Assembly: GCA_037142615.1 (NCBI GenBank)
Contig: JBAXAI010000006.1
Location: 64,001-128,000 of the forward strand
From: Spirochaetales bacterium
Lineage (GTDB): Bacteria; Spirochaetota; Spirochaetia; JABEVK01
Reading direction: 5' to 3'
Length of the DNA stretch: 64,000 nt
In this document: in pieces, positions 26,637 to 36,153 of the stretch
Layout: every line of letters starts with the position of its first letter
Numbering within the stretch: position 1 is the first letter of the stretch
The notes under the pieces: generated by a model
What the model saw: only the letters and a program-made list of their open reading frames with translations
Told to the model about the DNA's origin: nothing
Database searches by the model: none
Made by a program: the position numbers and the translations under genes

Positions 26637-28703
26637 TCAGCCCAGCAGGTCACCTGCCTTCAGGAAGGTTTCGAGGTCGGCCGACGCGGCCCGGGTAAAA
26701 ACGGGAATGCGGCCCACGGGCGCCAACACGGTGTAGGTTCGCCCCGGGCCAGTTGCCCCGCCGAACCGCTTGCCCGTCCCGAGTTGAACCCAGTCACCTG
26801 CGGGCAGGTACACCTGGCGACTGCGGTAGCCTTCGCGGACTACCGGCGCGACGAGCAGGTCGGCGCCGAGCATGAACTGGTCTTTGATCGTCCAGCACAC
26901 GTCGTCGCCCTCAAACTCCCAAAACAGAGGGCGCATCACGGCGATTCCGGTGGCGGCGTTTTCAGCGATCAGGCGCCTTCGATACGGTGCCAGCGCCTGG
27001 AACAATTGGCCAAACCGAGCCAGGTGGTCCAGCGTTTCGTCGTCGCTGTCGAACTGCCAGTTGTCGCCGGGCCGGTTGCCTTCGTGCGAGCGCATCAGCA
27101 CCGTGAACGCCGACAACTCCACCCACCGCTGGAACAACTCGCGGGTGCGCTTCATGCCAAACAGCGTGGTGTAACCGCCCATGTCGCTGTGATGCAGGCC
27201 CATGCCGCACACGGCCAGCGACAACGCGGCGGGAATCACCGAGATCAGGCCGTCGTCCTCGGACCAGTCGACGTTCTGGTCGCCGGCCCACGCCATGCCG
27301 CACCACTTTTGGCTCCCGGTGTACCCGGCGCGCATAAAGTACAGAATCTCGTCGCGCGCGCCCACCTCGTCGATGGCTTCGCGGTTGATGCGCGCCCAGA
27401 TGGCCGGCCATTCGTTGTGCGCCAGCTCGGCAGGGGTGCCGTCGTGCAGCACCACGTCGGTGGGCAGGTACTCGCCAAAGTCGGCCATCCACCCGGCCAG
27501 GCCAAACGCGATCAGGTTGGTCTGGATCACCTTTTTGTACCAAACGCAGGCGGCCGGGAGCGTAAAGTCGACAATACCAGCGTCGAACTCGCCAAAATCG
27601 ACAAAATAGTCCTCGCCCTTCCGGTTCTTCACCAGGTAGCCCTTGGCCTGCGCCTCTTGGCACAGCGGTTTGTCTTTCACCACGTAGGGGTTGATGTAGC
27701 CGAGGAACCGAACACCCCGCTGGCGGAGCTTGGGCAGGGCGGCGTCGAGGCCGGGGTAGTGCTTTTCGTCCCATTGCCAGTTCCACATCAGGCGCTTGCC
27801 AAAGCTGGTGATCCGTTGGCCCTGCCAGTCCTGGGCCCAAATGCCCACGACCGGGACCTGGTGCGTTTGCGCGCGTTCCAGCTTGTCGAGGCACACCTGC
27901 GTGCCCCCCTGAATGCCCAGAATCACCCCGTCTTGGGTCCATTCCGGGAGAACAGGCTGGCGGCCCAACAGGTGCGACAGCGATTGGGCACAGGCCTTGA
28001 GGGTGGCCCCGGTTCCCAGCGTCAGGCGCGGGGGAATCTCGTGGAACTCGAGCGCGTGACGGTCGGCCTTCGAAAAGTCGAACACCGCGTAGGCTCGGCT
28101 GTCGGCGTGCAGCCAGTACCGTGCCGACGACACAAACGTGGGCTGGGGGAAGAACGTCCACCAGTAGTCGCCGCCGGCTTTGTCGAGCACGTCGGCCTTC
28201 CACGTGACCCAAGTGCTCTTGTTGCGGCCCACGCCTTGCTCGCTGGTCCACAGGGGAAACCGCCGGCCACGCAGATCGAAGTGCGAGAACTGCTCGCCAC
28301 AACCGTAAATATGCTCGTCGGCACCGGCGTCGAGCTCGAGCCACAACCGGTTCCACCGGGCGTTGGTGCAGCGGGGCAAGACTTCGAGCCGTTGGTGCAC
28401 GGCTTTCCGGTCGGCCACTTCCTGCGGCCGAAACTCCAGGCGCAAGGTGCAGTCGGCAGCGTCGGCGGCAACGCGCGGGAACAGCTCGAGCAGGCCCGTT
28501 GCTGCGGTGAACCGCCAGCCCTCGAGTGGGACCTTCTGAAACAGGTGATCCTGCACCTGAAAGTTGCCCCGGTACATCTGAATGTCGTCCTGGCCTTGGC
28601 CCAAAGCGGCGCAAGGTCGTTGCACACTGTGGCGCAACACAAGCCGACCCTCGAACGACAGTTCGAAGCCTTCGGCGGTTTCGGCGAAATGCAGACCCCT
28701 CAT
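26637..28703 (-). CDS. yihQ: Sulfoquinovosidase (GH31, YihQ-type)
   Basis: WAQDW, SFGKRLMWNW and GGYTTLF carry the Q/R/W/Y sulfonate-binding residues; nucleophile WMADFGEYLP; WAGDQNVDWS. Confidence 0.9.
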   Translation of the reverse strand: MRGLHFAETAEGFELSFEGRLVLRHSVQRPCAALGQGQDDIQMYRGNFQVQDHLFQKVPLEGWRFTAATGLLELFPRVAADAADCTLRLEFRPQEVADRKAVHQRLEVLPRCTNARWNRLWLELDAGADEHIYGCGEQFSHFDLRGRRFPLWTSEQGVGRNKSTWVTWKADVLDKAGGDYWWTFFPQPTFVSSARYWLHADSRAYAVFDFSKADRHALEFHEIPPRLTLGTGATLKACAQSLSHLLGRQPVLPEWTQDGVILGIQGGTQVCLDKLERAQTHQVPVVGIWAQDWQGQRITSFGKRLMWNWQWDEKHYPGLDAALPKLRQRGVRFLGYINPYVVKDKPLCQEAQAKGYLVKNRKGEDYFVDFGEFDAGIVDFTLPAACVWYKKVIQTNLIAFGLAGWMADFGEYLPTDVVLHDGTPAELAHNEWPAIWARINREAIDEVGARDEILYFMRAGYTGSQKWCGMAWAGDQNVDWSEDDGLISVIPAALSLAVCGMGLHHSDMGGYTTLFGMKRTRELFQRWVELSAFTVLMRSHEGNRPGDNWQFDSDDETLDHLARFGQLFQALAPYRRRLIAENAATGIAVMRPLFWEFEGDDVCWTIKDQFMLGADLLVAPVVREGYRSRQVYLPAGDWVQLGTGKRFGGATGPGRTYTVLAPVGRIPVFTRAASADLETFLKAGDLLG

Positions 28704-28705
28704 GG

Positions 28706-29548
28706 TTAGCCCTTGACCCCGCCGGAAGTCAGCCCGGCGATGATTTTGTTGTGCATGAACACATAAACAGCCACGGTGGGCAAAATGGACAACATGATGG
28801 CGGCAAACATCGGACCGTAGTCCGTCAGGAACTGGCTCTGAAAGAACCGGATGCCGAGCTGCACGGTACGGGTCGTCTCGCTCGAGGTGAACAGCATGGC
28901 CAGGATGAACTCATTCCAGGCGTAGATGAAGCAGAAGGTGCCCGCCGTGGCCAAGCCCGACTGGGCGAGCGGTAAAATCACCTTCCAAAAGCGGTCGATG
29001 AAGTTGCAGCCGTCGATGGTGGCCGCCTCTTCCAGTTCCTTGGGAATGGCCTTCATAAACGACGTGAGCAAAAAGATCGACACCGGGATGTTGACCGCCG
29101 AATACACCAAAATGAGGGCCAGCAGATTGTTGTACAGCCCGATGCGGTTGACCAGGATGAAGTACGGCACCAGGAACGAAATGATGGGGATCAGCACTCC
29201 GGCCGTCAGCATCACGTACAGAAAGTCCTTGCCTGGAAACTTTTCACGCGCAAAGACAAACGACGCCAAGGCCGCCACCACGAGGTTGAGCAGCACAGTA
29301 AAGGCGGCCACGAGGATGGAGTTCATGAACAGAACCGGCAGGTTGGCCACCGAAAGCGCGTTCGCGTAGTTGACGAACTGCGGAACCGCCGGCAGCGTGA
29401 ACCCGCTGGTCTCGATCTCGAAGCTGGTCTTGAGCGATGAAACCAACAACCACAGGAAGGGCATCAGCGTCACGATCAAGAAGAACAGCAGGATGGCCCA
29501 CTTGAGCAAAAAGCCGGGGTAGTCGCGAACGGTCAGTTTTGTGGTCAT
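28706..29548 (-). CDS. Carbohydrate ABC transporter permease (SQ/SQ-glycerol uptake by context)
   Basis: IPKELEEAATIDG, WNEF, GLTSGGVKG. Confidence 0.93.
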   Translation of the reverse strand: MTTKLTVRDYPGFLLKWAILLFFLIVTLMPFLWLLVSSLKTSFEIETSGFTLPAVPQFVNYANALSVANLPVLFMNSILVAAFTVLLNLVVAALASFVFAREKFPGKDFLYVMLTAGVLIPIISFLVPYFILVNRIGLYNNLLALILVYSAVNIPVSIFLLTSFMKAIPKELEEAATIDGCNFIDRFWKVILPLAQSGLATAGTFCFIYAWNEFILAMLFTSSETTRTVQLGIRFFQSQFLTDYGPMFAAIMLSILPTVAVYVFMHNKIIAGLTSGGVKG

Positions 29549-29557
29549 GGTAGGTTC

Positions 29558-30448
29558 CTATTGGGAGGCGTCGGACATCGGGTCTTTGCTGCCGAAAATG
29601 GCGCGCAGCAGCACAATCATGCCGGTACCGAAGGCAATGAGGATGAGCGCAACCGCGCCCGCCCGCCCGTATTGAAGCTCGTCCATCTGCTGAAACAAAA
29701 CGATACCCATGGTGGTGGTGGAATACGCCGGGCCCCCTCCGGTCATCAGAAAGGTCGCCTCAAAGTGGCGGATTCCATAGGCCATGGCCAGCGTCGCCGA
29801 CGTGACCAGCGTTCCCCGGAGCATGGGAATCGTGATGGCGAACTCCTGTTGCGTGCGCGTGGCCCCGTCGAGCTCGGCGGCCTCGTAGAGTTCGATGGGA
29901 ATGTTCGTGGCGGCGGCCATCAGAATGATCATGAAGTAACCGATGTACAGCACCGACTGGGCAATGATGGCGGCCAAAGCCGTGGCGGGAACTCCCAGCC
30001 AGTGGTAGTGGGCCAAATCGGGAAAAATCGGCGCCAGGAGCGCGTTGAGCAGGCCGTGATTGGGGTTGTACACCTGCGTCCACATCATCGCGATGGCCAC
30101 CGCCGAAATCACGTTCGGCAAAAAGAAGATCGTGCGGAAAGCTCCCCAGCCCTTGGGTTTGCGGTTGAGCAGGATGGCGACCAACAGAGCCAGCGGCACC
30201 TGGATGAACCCCGAGGCCAGCGCCCAGATCAGGTTGTTTCCCAGGGCCATCTGGAACGTGTCGTCGGTAAACAGCCGCTCGAAGTTCCTCAGCCCGATGA
30301 ACTCCATGTCGCCGATGCCTTTCCACTTCATCACGCTGGTTTGCGCGGTGAAGAACAAGGGAAAGACGAAGAACAGGACAAACAGGATCAGCACAGGCAG
30401 AAGAAACAGCACGATGTAGAGTCCGTTCCGGTTGCGGCTTCGGGCCAT
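29558..30448 (-). CDS. Carbohydrate ABC transporter permease
   Basis: FIGLRNF, IFFLPNVIS, ELYEAAELDGA. Confidence 0.93.
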   Translation of the reverse strand: MARSRNRNGLYIVLFLLPVLILFVLFFVFPLFFTAQTSVMKWKGIGDMEFIGLRNFERLFTDDTFQMALGNNLIWALASGFIQVPLALLVAILLNRKPKGWGAFRTIFFLPNVISAVAIAMMWTQVYNPNHGLLNALLAPIFPDLAHYHWLGVPATALAAIIAQSVLYIGYFMIILMAAATNIPIELYEAAELDGATRTQQEFAITIPMLRGTLVTSATLAMAYGIRHFEATFLMTGGGPAYSTTTMGIVLFQQMDELQYGRAGAVALILIAFGTGMIVLLRAIFGSKDPMSDASQ

Positions 30449-30461
30449 AGAGTCCTCCTGA

Positions 30462-30496
30462 AGAAAAAAACGGACCGGTCACACGCCTGACCGGTC
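30462..30496 (-). terminator. Intercistronic hairpin/terminator after the binding-protein gene
   Basis: GACCGGTCA-6 nt-TGACCGGTC stem followed by a T-run on the minus strand. Confidence 0.65.
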
Positions 30497-30514
30497 ACAA
30501 GCTGCGATGAAACT

Positions 30515-31771
30515 CTAGTCTTCGAGCTTCTTGGCGATGGCCTTCAGCATGTCGGCTTCGGTGGTTTCACCGGCAACGTACTTGCTGATCAGCTGGCCAA
30601 ACTCTGCCACGGCGGCGGGTCCGAGCGCCACTTCGAGGTTGGGAACCGTGAAGGAGGCCTTCTGGACCAGGTCCATAAAGCGCTGCATGCCCTTTTCGAC
30701 GGGAGTGGCGGCCTGGAAGGTAAAGGGAACCGTGAACATCGCACCGGAAGCCAGCGAAATCTTCTTCACGCTGTCGGGTGACGTCAGCACCTTGAGGAAG
30801 GTGATGATGGCGGCGCGACGGGCGGGATCCTTGGTTTCGCCAGCGGCGAGCATGGCCTGCAGGAACATGGGAACCGAGTTCTTGTAGGTGCCGAACGACG
30901 GCAGGTAGTCAAACGCCAGGTTGGAGAACACGGCGGGGCCGTCCTTCTCGGAGGGAGCCAAGCGCCACGAACCGTTGGAGTAGATGGCCGACTCTTCCTT
31001 GAGGAAGTGACCGTTGGCAATCGCCGGAGCGGCACCCACCGAGTCAACGTTGGCGTAGCTGAACATCTTCTTCAGGTCCTTGAGCGATTCGACGAACACC
31101 GGGTCGGTGATGGGCTTCGACCAGACATTTTCGCCGCCACGGGTGGCCGCAATCTGGGTGAACCACAGCATGGTGATGTAGGCGTTGGTGCCACCGGTGT
31201 TCTGGGCGATGGGGCTGATGCCCAGCGCCTTGAGCTTGTCGGCAGCGGCCCAGAACTCAGCCGAGGTGGCGGGAACCTTGGTGACGCCGGCCTTCTTGAG
31301 CAGCGCCATGTTGTACCAGACGGGGGTGACGCCCACTTCGAAGGGGAGCGACTTGAGCTGGCCCTTGATGGTGGCCTGCTTGATCGAGGCTGCGGGGAAC
31401 GACTTGGCCCAAGTACCGGTCAGGTCCTTGCTGAAGTCCATCACCAACGGAGATTTGTAGAACTCCGAGGTAGCAGGGTTGAGCTTGAACGTGAAAATGT
31501 CGCCCGGGCTGGTACCGGCGGCCAACGAGGTGCGGATCTTCTGCTCATAGGCGTCGTAGTTGGGTTGGGCCTCAATATCAACACGGATCTTGCCCACATT
31601 GGCGGCATTGAACGCGTCGACAATCTCCTTGACGGGTGCGGCTTTGGCGTCGCCACCGACCCAGATACAGGGCCAGGTGAGCACAATTTCCTGGGCCGCC
31701 GCCTGGGCACCCACGAGCGTCAAGACAACGCCAAGCGTCGTCAGAAACTTCAGAACTTTGCTGGTTCGCAT
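30515..31771 (-). CDS. Sugar ABC transporter substrate-binding protein
   Basis: Signal peptide ending AQAAA, WYNMALLKKAGV, SBP_bac_1 pattern. Confidence 0.9.
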   Translation of the reverse strand: MRTSKVLKFLTTLGVVLTLVGAQAAAQEIVLTWPCIWVGGDAKAAPVKEIVDAFNAANVGKIRVDIEAQPNYDAYEQKIRTSLAAGTSPGDIFTFKLNPATSEFYKSPLVMDFSKDLTGTWAKSFPAASIKQATIKGQLKSLPFEVGVTPVWYNMALLKKAGVTKVPATSAEFWAAADKLKALGISPIAQNTGGTNAYITMLWFTQIAATRGGENVWSKPITDPVFVESLKDLKKMFSYANVDSVGAAPAIANGHFLKEESAIYSNGSWRLAPSEKDGPAVFSNLAFDYLPSFGTYKNSVPMFLQAMLAAGETKDPARRAAIITFLKVLTSPDSVKKISLASGAMFTVPFTFQAATPVEKGMQRFMDLVQKASFTVPNLEVALGPAAVAEFGQLISKYVAGETTEADMLKAIAKKLED

Positions 31772-31817
31772 ACTCTTCTCTCCTCTTTTGACTTTTTCCC
31801 TTGCTAGGGATTTAATT

Positions 31818-32555
31818 TCAAACAACCAACATCACGATTCCCGTGACAAACAGCATCGAAAACACGATCTTGGCGAACAGGTCGGAATCGACCCGCCGAT
31901 GCGCAAACTCCCCGGCGATGATGCCGGCAATCAGGAAGGGTGACATCAGGCCCAGTTCGCCCAGCGACTCGGTGGTAAACATGCCCTGCAGGTAAAACTG
32001 CGTCATGAGCACGGAATTAAGTGTCACCCACAAAAGGACTAACGTCGAGCGGAAGTTGCCTTTGTCGGGTAGCGTGCGGCTGGCGTACAGCACCACCAAA
32101 GGCCCTCCCGTGGCAAACGCGCCGTGCACAATGCCGCCCAGGAACAGCAGAACCCAGTAAAACGGCGTCGGCAGGCCCTTCGAGGCCCCCTCGCGGGCGG
32201 GCAAGAACCGCTTCCACAGCTGGTAGCCGGCGCTGAACAAAATGAACACGGCCAAGGCCTTGGTCAGCAGCACCTTGTCGAGCACCTGGTAAGCCCACAT
32301 GCCCAGCGGCAACCCCAGCCCGACGAAGAACAGGATGATCCCGAACTCCTTCCAGACGATCTTGCGGAACGCAGTGATCACAAAATACAGGGCCAGCACC
32401 CAGGCCAGCACCGCCAGCAGGAACTTGGCCTTGCCCAACCCCAGCAGCATGCTGACAAAGGGCATGGCGAGCACGGTACACCCGAAGCCGGTGATGGCTT
32501 CCAGTCCGTGGGTAACGAGCACCACGAACCCGGTGACCAGCCAGGTCAGAGTCAT
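31818..32555 (-). CDS. tauE: TauE/SafE family sulfite/organosulfonate exporter
   Basis: EAITGFGC, GGIVHGAFATGGP; about 8 TM helices in two repeats. Confidence 0.9.
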   Translation of the reverse strand: MTLTWLVTGFVVLVTHGLEAITGFGCTVLAMPFVSMLLGLGKAKFLLAVLAWVLALYFVITAFRKIVWKEFGIILFFVGLGLPLGMWAYQVLDKVLLTKALAVFILFSAGYQLWKRFLPAREGASKGLPTPFYWVLLFLGGIVHGAFATGGPLVVLYASRTLPDKGNFRSTLVLLWVTLNSVLMTQFYLQGMFTTESLGELGLMSPFLIAGIIAGEFAHRRVDSDLFAKIVFSMLFVTGIVMLVV

Positions 32556-33721
32556 GTGCGCTTGGCTCCCACCAATTGACGTACGGCTTCGACGCCCATC
32601 GGGGGCACGTTGTTGAGCAGCTTGAAGTCGGTTTGGCACTTGTCGAACAGCTCGGCGAGGCGCGCGTCGGTGAGCACCCCCGCCCCGGCGATATCGGCGA
32701 AACGGCACGGCAGACCGGTGTGCACTTTGAGGCGCAGCAGCTCATCGGCCAGGCGTTTCACCGGCTCGGCGGCTCGAGGCCACAGCTGGTTCGCAACGGC
32801 CTCGAGCTTGGGGCGCACCCTGGGGTCGACCGCGTTGAACGCAAACACATCCTCGGTGAAAAACGCGCAGGCCGCGCCGTGCGGCACGTGCCATTCCTCG
32901 CTGAGAATGAACGACAGCGCGTGGATGGCGGCCGTCCCGGTGTTGTTGAAGGCCACGCCCGCAGCGCACGCGGCGGCCAGCAGTTCGGCGGTTCCCTCGC
33001 TCCTGCCAGCTTTGCGGGCGTCGTAGGCCGGTTGGAAAAAGCGCAGCAGGTTCACCAGCGCGTCGGTCGCCAGCAGGTCACTGACCGGGGTGGCATTTTT
33101 GTTCCACAGGGTTTCGAGGGCGTGCGTCATGGCATCGTAGGCGGTGCTGGCCAGCAAAGCCGGAGGAATGTCGGCCACCAGCGCCGCTACCAGCAGCGCC
33201 AAGTCGGCCTGCAGCAACGGGCTGCCCAGCGAGTACTTGCGGCCGCTGCGGGCGGTGTACACGCCGAACTTGGTCACCTCGGCGCCGGTGACACAGGTGG
33301 TGGGGACCAGCAACAGTTTGGCGCCCCGGCGTTCCAGTTTGCGGGTGGCGTGGGGTCCCAGGTAGTCGTCGAGGTCGCCTTCGTGGCCGGCCATGGCACA
33401 CACGGCCTTGGCGGAATCCAGCGCGCTGCCGCCACCGATGCCGAGCACCAGGTCGGGGGCAAACACGCGGGCGTCGGCCACCATGGCCATGATGTCGGCG
33501 GTTTGCGGGTTGGGCACAATGCGGTCGTCCACGCGCATGCGGGCCGGTTCCACAAACTCCGCCAGCACCTTGTCGAGCAGCGGGAACGGCCTGGGATCTT
33601 TGATGAGGAGCACCCGGGCATCAGTCCGGTTGGCCAGAAAGGCCGTCACCTGGCGCAGGGTAGCGGCGTCGAGGTGGTCGAGCGCCTGAACTTTGGTGGA
33701 ACTCTGAACGCTGAAAAGCAT
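32552..33721 (-). CDS. Iron-containing alcohol dehydrogenase (candidate sulfoaldehyde reductase)
   Basis: GGGSALDSAK, PTTCVTGAEVT, DAMTHALE, AIHALS, PHG metal ligands. Confidence 0.88.
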   Translation of the reverse strand: MLFSVQSSTKVQALDHLDAATLRQVTAFLANRTDARVLLIKDPRPFPLLDKVLAEFVEPARMRVDDRIVPNPQTADIMAMVADARVFAPDLVLGIGGGSALDSAKAVCAMAGHEGDLDDYLGPHATRKLERRGAKLLLVPTTCVTGAEVTKFGVYTARSGRKYSLGSPLLQADLALLVAALVADIPPALLASTAYDAMTHALETLWNKNATPVSDLLATDALVNLLRFFQPAYDARKAGRSEGTAELLAAACAAGVAFNNTGTAAIHALSFILSEEWHVPHGAACAFFTEDVFAFNAVDPRVRPKLEAVANQLWPRAAEPVKRLADELLRLKVHTGLPCRFADIAGAGVLTDARLAELFDKCQTDFKLLNNVPPMGVEAVRQLVGAKRT

Positions 33722-33730
33722 GCCGTCCCC

Positions 33731-34234
33731 TTATTTGCTCACTACGGGCTTGAACTGTTCGGCTTCGAGCTTGCGCACCTGCTCAAACGCGTTGGTCAAA
33801 AAGTCCTTCTTGAACTCCATCTTCTGGGTGAACTCCATGGCCAACCACGCATCGACAATTTGGCAGCCGAGGAAAGGCGCGGTGATCCAGCCACCCAGCG
33901 TGATCACGTTGGCGTTGTTGACGATTTTGGCGCGCTCGCCGCTGAACACATCGTCGACGACGCAGGCGTACACGCCTTGGTGTTTGTTGGCGACGATGGC
34001 CATGCCCTGGCCGGTACCGCAGATCAGAATGCCCTTGTGCGCGGCGCCGGATTGAACCGCCGTGGCCACCTTGGGTGCCTGCTCAAAGTACGGCTTGGGC
34101 GCATCGGCGCTGTCGATACCGAAGTCCTGGATCTCGAGGGTGGGGTATTTTTCGCGCAGGTGCTTCACGATTTCCTGCTTGAGGGGAAAGCCGGAAAGGT
34201 CGCTGGCGATGGCAAGTTTGATGGTTTCAGACAT
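33731..34234 (-). CDS. RpiB/LacA/LacB family isomerase (candidate sulfoerythrose isomerase, SqwI-like)
   Basis: IASD, ICGTGQGMAIVANK, NNANVITLG. Lies in the operon with the transketolase and the SQase. Confidence 0.88.
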   Translation of the reverse strand: MSETIKLAIASDLSGFPLKQEIVKHLREKYPTLEIQDFGIDSADAPKPYFEQAPKVATAVQSGAAHKGILICGTGQGMAIVANKHQGVYACVVDDVFSGERAKIVNNANVITLGGWITAPFLGCQIVDAWLAMEFTQKMEFKKDFLTNAFEQVRKLEAEQFKPVVSK

Positions 34235-34261
34235 GGTGTTCTTCCTTTTGGCGAGAGCAGT

Positions 34262-35197
34262 CTATAGACGTTCGACGATTTCCAGGGTGTCCTTGGCGGT
34301 GAGGGCAAAGCGGGGTTGCAGGTAGTCGACCGTGCCCACTTCGCCAAACAGGTCCTTGACCCCTTGGCGGGCAAACTTGACGGCGATGCCGGCTTCCATT
34401 AGGTACTCCGCCACGGCCGAACCCAAGCCGCCGATGGCCTGATGGTTTTCCATAGTGACGACCTTGCCGCACTTGCGGGCCCAGGTGCCGATCAGTTCCG
34501 TGTCGAGGGGTTTGAGGCTCAGCACGTCGATCACGGCGGCTTTGACGCCTTTTTCGGCCAGTTGATCGGCGGCTTTGAGTGCCTCGGCCACCATGAGCAC
34601 GCCGAGGGCGACCAGCAGAACGTCGGTGCCTTGGCGCAGCAGTTTGCCCTTGCCGAGCTCGAACTTTTCGCCGGCCGGGTAGAGCGCGGGTGCGGCGCGG
34701 CGGGTGAGGCGCAGGTACACGCAACCCTGGTGGGCCGCCGCGAGCCCCACCAGCGCCGCCAGCGAAACCGGGTCGCTGGGTTCGATCACCGTGAGGCCGG
34801 GAATGACGCGCATCAAGGCCAGGTCTTCAAACGGCATGTGAGTGCCGCCGTTGAAGGCCGCCATCACGCCGGGGTCGGTACCAACCAGCTTGACGTTCAG
34901 GTGGGCGTAATTGGCCGACAGGAAAAACTGGTCGTAGGCGCGGCGGCTGGCAAAACACGCGAACGTCGCGGCAAACGGGATCTTCCCGGTGGACGACAAG
35001 CCGGCGGCAACGCCCACCATGTTGGCCTCGGCGACGCCAATGTTGAACGCGCGGTCGGGGTAGGTCTTGGCGAACACCCCGGTTCCGGTGGCCCTCATCA
35101 GGTCGGCCTCGAGAATGACGATGTCGGGGTTGGTCTTCGCGAGCTCCACCAGGGTGCCGTTGTAAACCACCCGCATTTCGATCGGTGCGTCTGCCAT
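34262..35197 (-). CDS. Split transketolase, C-terminal subunit (SqwH-like)
   Basis: GVAEANMVG, RRAYDQ, NGGTHMPFED, ENH...GGLGSAVAE. Confidence 0.92.
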   Translation of the reverse strand: MADAPIEMRVVYNGTLVELAKTNPDIVILEADLMRATGTGVFAKTYPDRAFNIGVAEANMVGVAAGLSSTGKIPFAATFACFASRRAYDQFFLSANYAHLNVKLVGTDPGVMAAFNGGTHMPFEDLALMRVIPGLTVIEPSDPVSLAALVGLAAAHQGCVYLRLTRRAAPALYPAGEKFELGKGKLLRQGTDVLLVALGVLMVAEALKAADQLAEKGVKAAVIDVLSLKPLDTELIGTWARKCGKVVTMENHQAIGGLGSAVAEYLMEAGIAVKFARQGVKDLFGEVGTVDYLQPRFALTAKDTLEIVERL

Positions 35198-35210
35198 GGG
35201 TCTGCTCTCC

Positions 35211-36029
35211 TTACGCCAGGGCCGCGAGGGCCTGTTGAACTTGCTCGGCGGTGATGGGCATGTTGTGGCTGGTCACCAGGCCTTCACAGAACGAGCAGCC
35301 CTTGCCCTTGATGGTGTCCATCACGATCATGCTCGGTTGCCCGCGGTGAGCTTTGGCTTCCACCACCGCCCGCTCGAGGGCTTCGAAGTTGTGCCCGTCG
35401 ATCTGCACGGCATTCCAGCCAAAAGCCACCCATTTGTCGAGCAACGCGCCTTGGTCCATGATTTCACTCGTCATGCCGTCAATCTGCATCTTGTTGAAGT
35501 CGGTGAACGCGATCAAGTTGTCCAACTTGTAGTGGGCGGCCATCATCGCCGCCTCCCAAACCAGGCCCTCATCGCTCTCGCCGTCGCCGATGATGCAGTA
35601 CGTGCGGGCTCCCTTGCCGTCAAGACGCTGTCCGAGCGCAATGCCGCAGGCGGCCGAGATGCCCTGCCCCAGCGAGCCGGTCGACATGTCGATACCGGGG
35701 GTTTTGGTGCGGTCACAATGCGATGGAAGATTGGTGCCGCCCTTGTTGAGCGTGTGCAGCCAGTCCTTGGGGAAAAAGCCCTTCTGGGCCAGCATGGCGT
35801 ACAGCGCGGGGCCGGCGTGCCCCTTCGACAGCACGAACCGGTCGCGATGCGGCAGGTTGGGTTGCTTGGCGTCAAAACGCAGATGGCGATGGTAGACCAC
35901 CGCAAGCGCGTCGACGACCGACATGGACCCGCCAATATGGCCGACACCCAGATGGCCGATCTCGTCGATGGTCAGCCGCCGGACTTCCTTGGCAAGCTCG
36001 ACCAGTTCCTGCAGTTCCTTCGGTTCCAT
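35211..36029 (-). CDS. Split transketolase, N-terminal TPP-binding subunit (SqwG-like)
   Basis: GHIGGSMS, LSKGH, STGSLGQG, GDGESDEG...N TPP motif, TIKGKG. Confidence 0.93.
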   Translation of the reverse strand: MEPKELQELVELAKEVRRLTIDEIGHLGVGHIGGSMSVVDALAVVYHRHLRFDAKQPNLPHRDRFVLSKGHAGPALYAMLAQKGFFPKDWLHTLNKGGTNLPSHCDRTKTPGIDMSTGSLGQGISAACGIALGQRLDGKGARTYCIIGDGESDEGLVWEAAMMAAHYKLDNLIAFTDFNKMQIDGMTSEIMDQGALLDKWVAFGWNAVQIDGHNFEALERAVVEAKAHRGQPSMIVMDTIKGKGCSFCEGLVTSHNMPITAEQVQQALAALA

Positions 36030-36079
36030 GCTCAAAACCCGCCCCCTTGCCCCACTGTCACGTCAGGCCCTCCCTTATA

Positions 36080-36106
36080 TTAAAATCGTTATCGACTTAT
36101 TGTCAA
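36080..36106 (-). promoter_or_regulatory. Promoter of the transketolase operon with operator in the spacer
   Basis: Minus-strand TTGACA (36101-36106) overlapping TTAAAATCGTTATCGACTTATT. The same motif occurs at 37321. Confidence 0.6.
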
Positions 36107-36153
36107 CGAAATCTTTCCCTGTTACAGTAAGGCGGGATGCAAGGAGTCCAATC

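Noticed and set aside
26619-28709. Long antisense ORFs (696 aa here; also 49882-51885, 53641-55524, 32576-34267 and others)
   Set aside because: Shadow ORFs of high-GC genes with no recognisable motifs.
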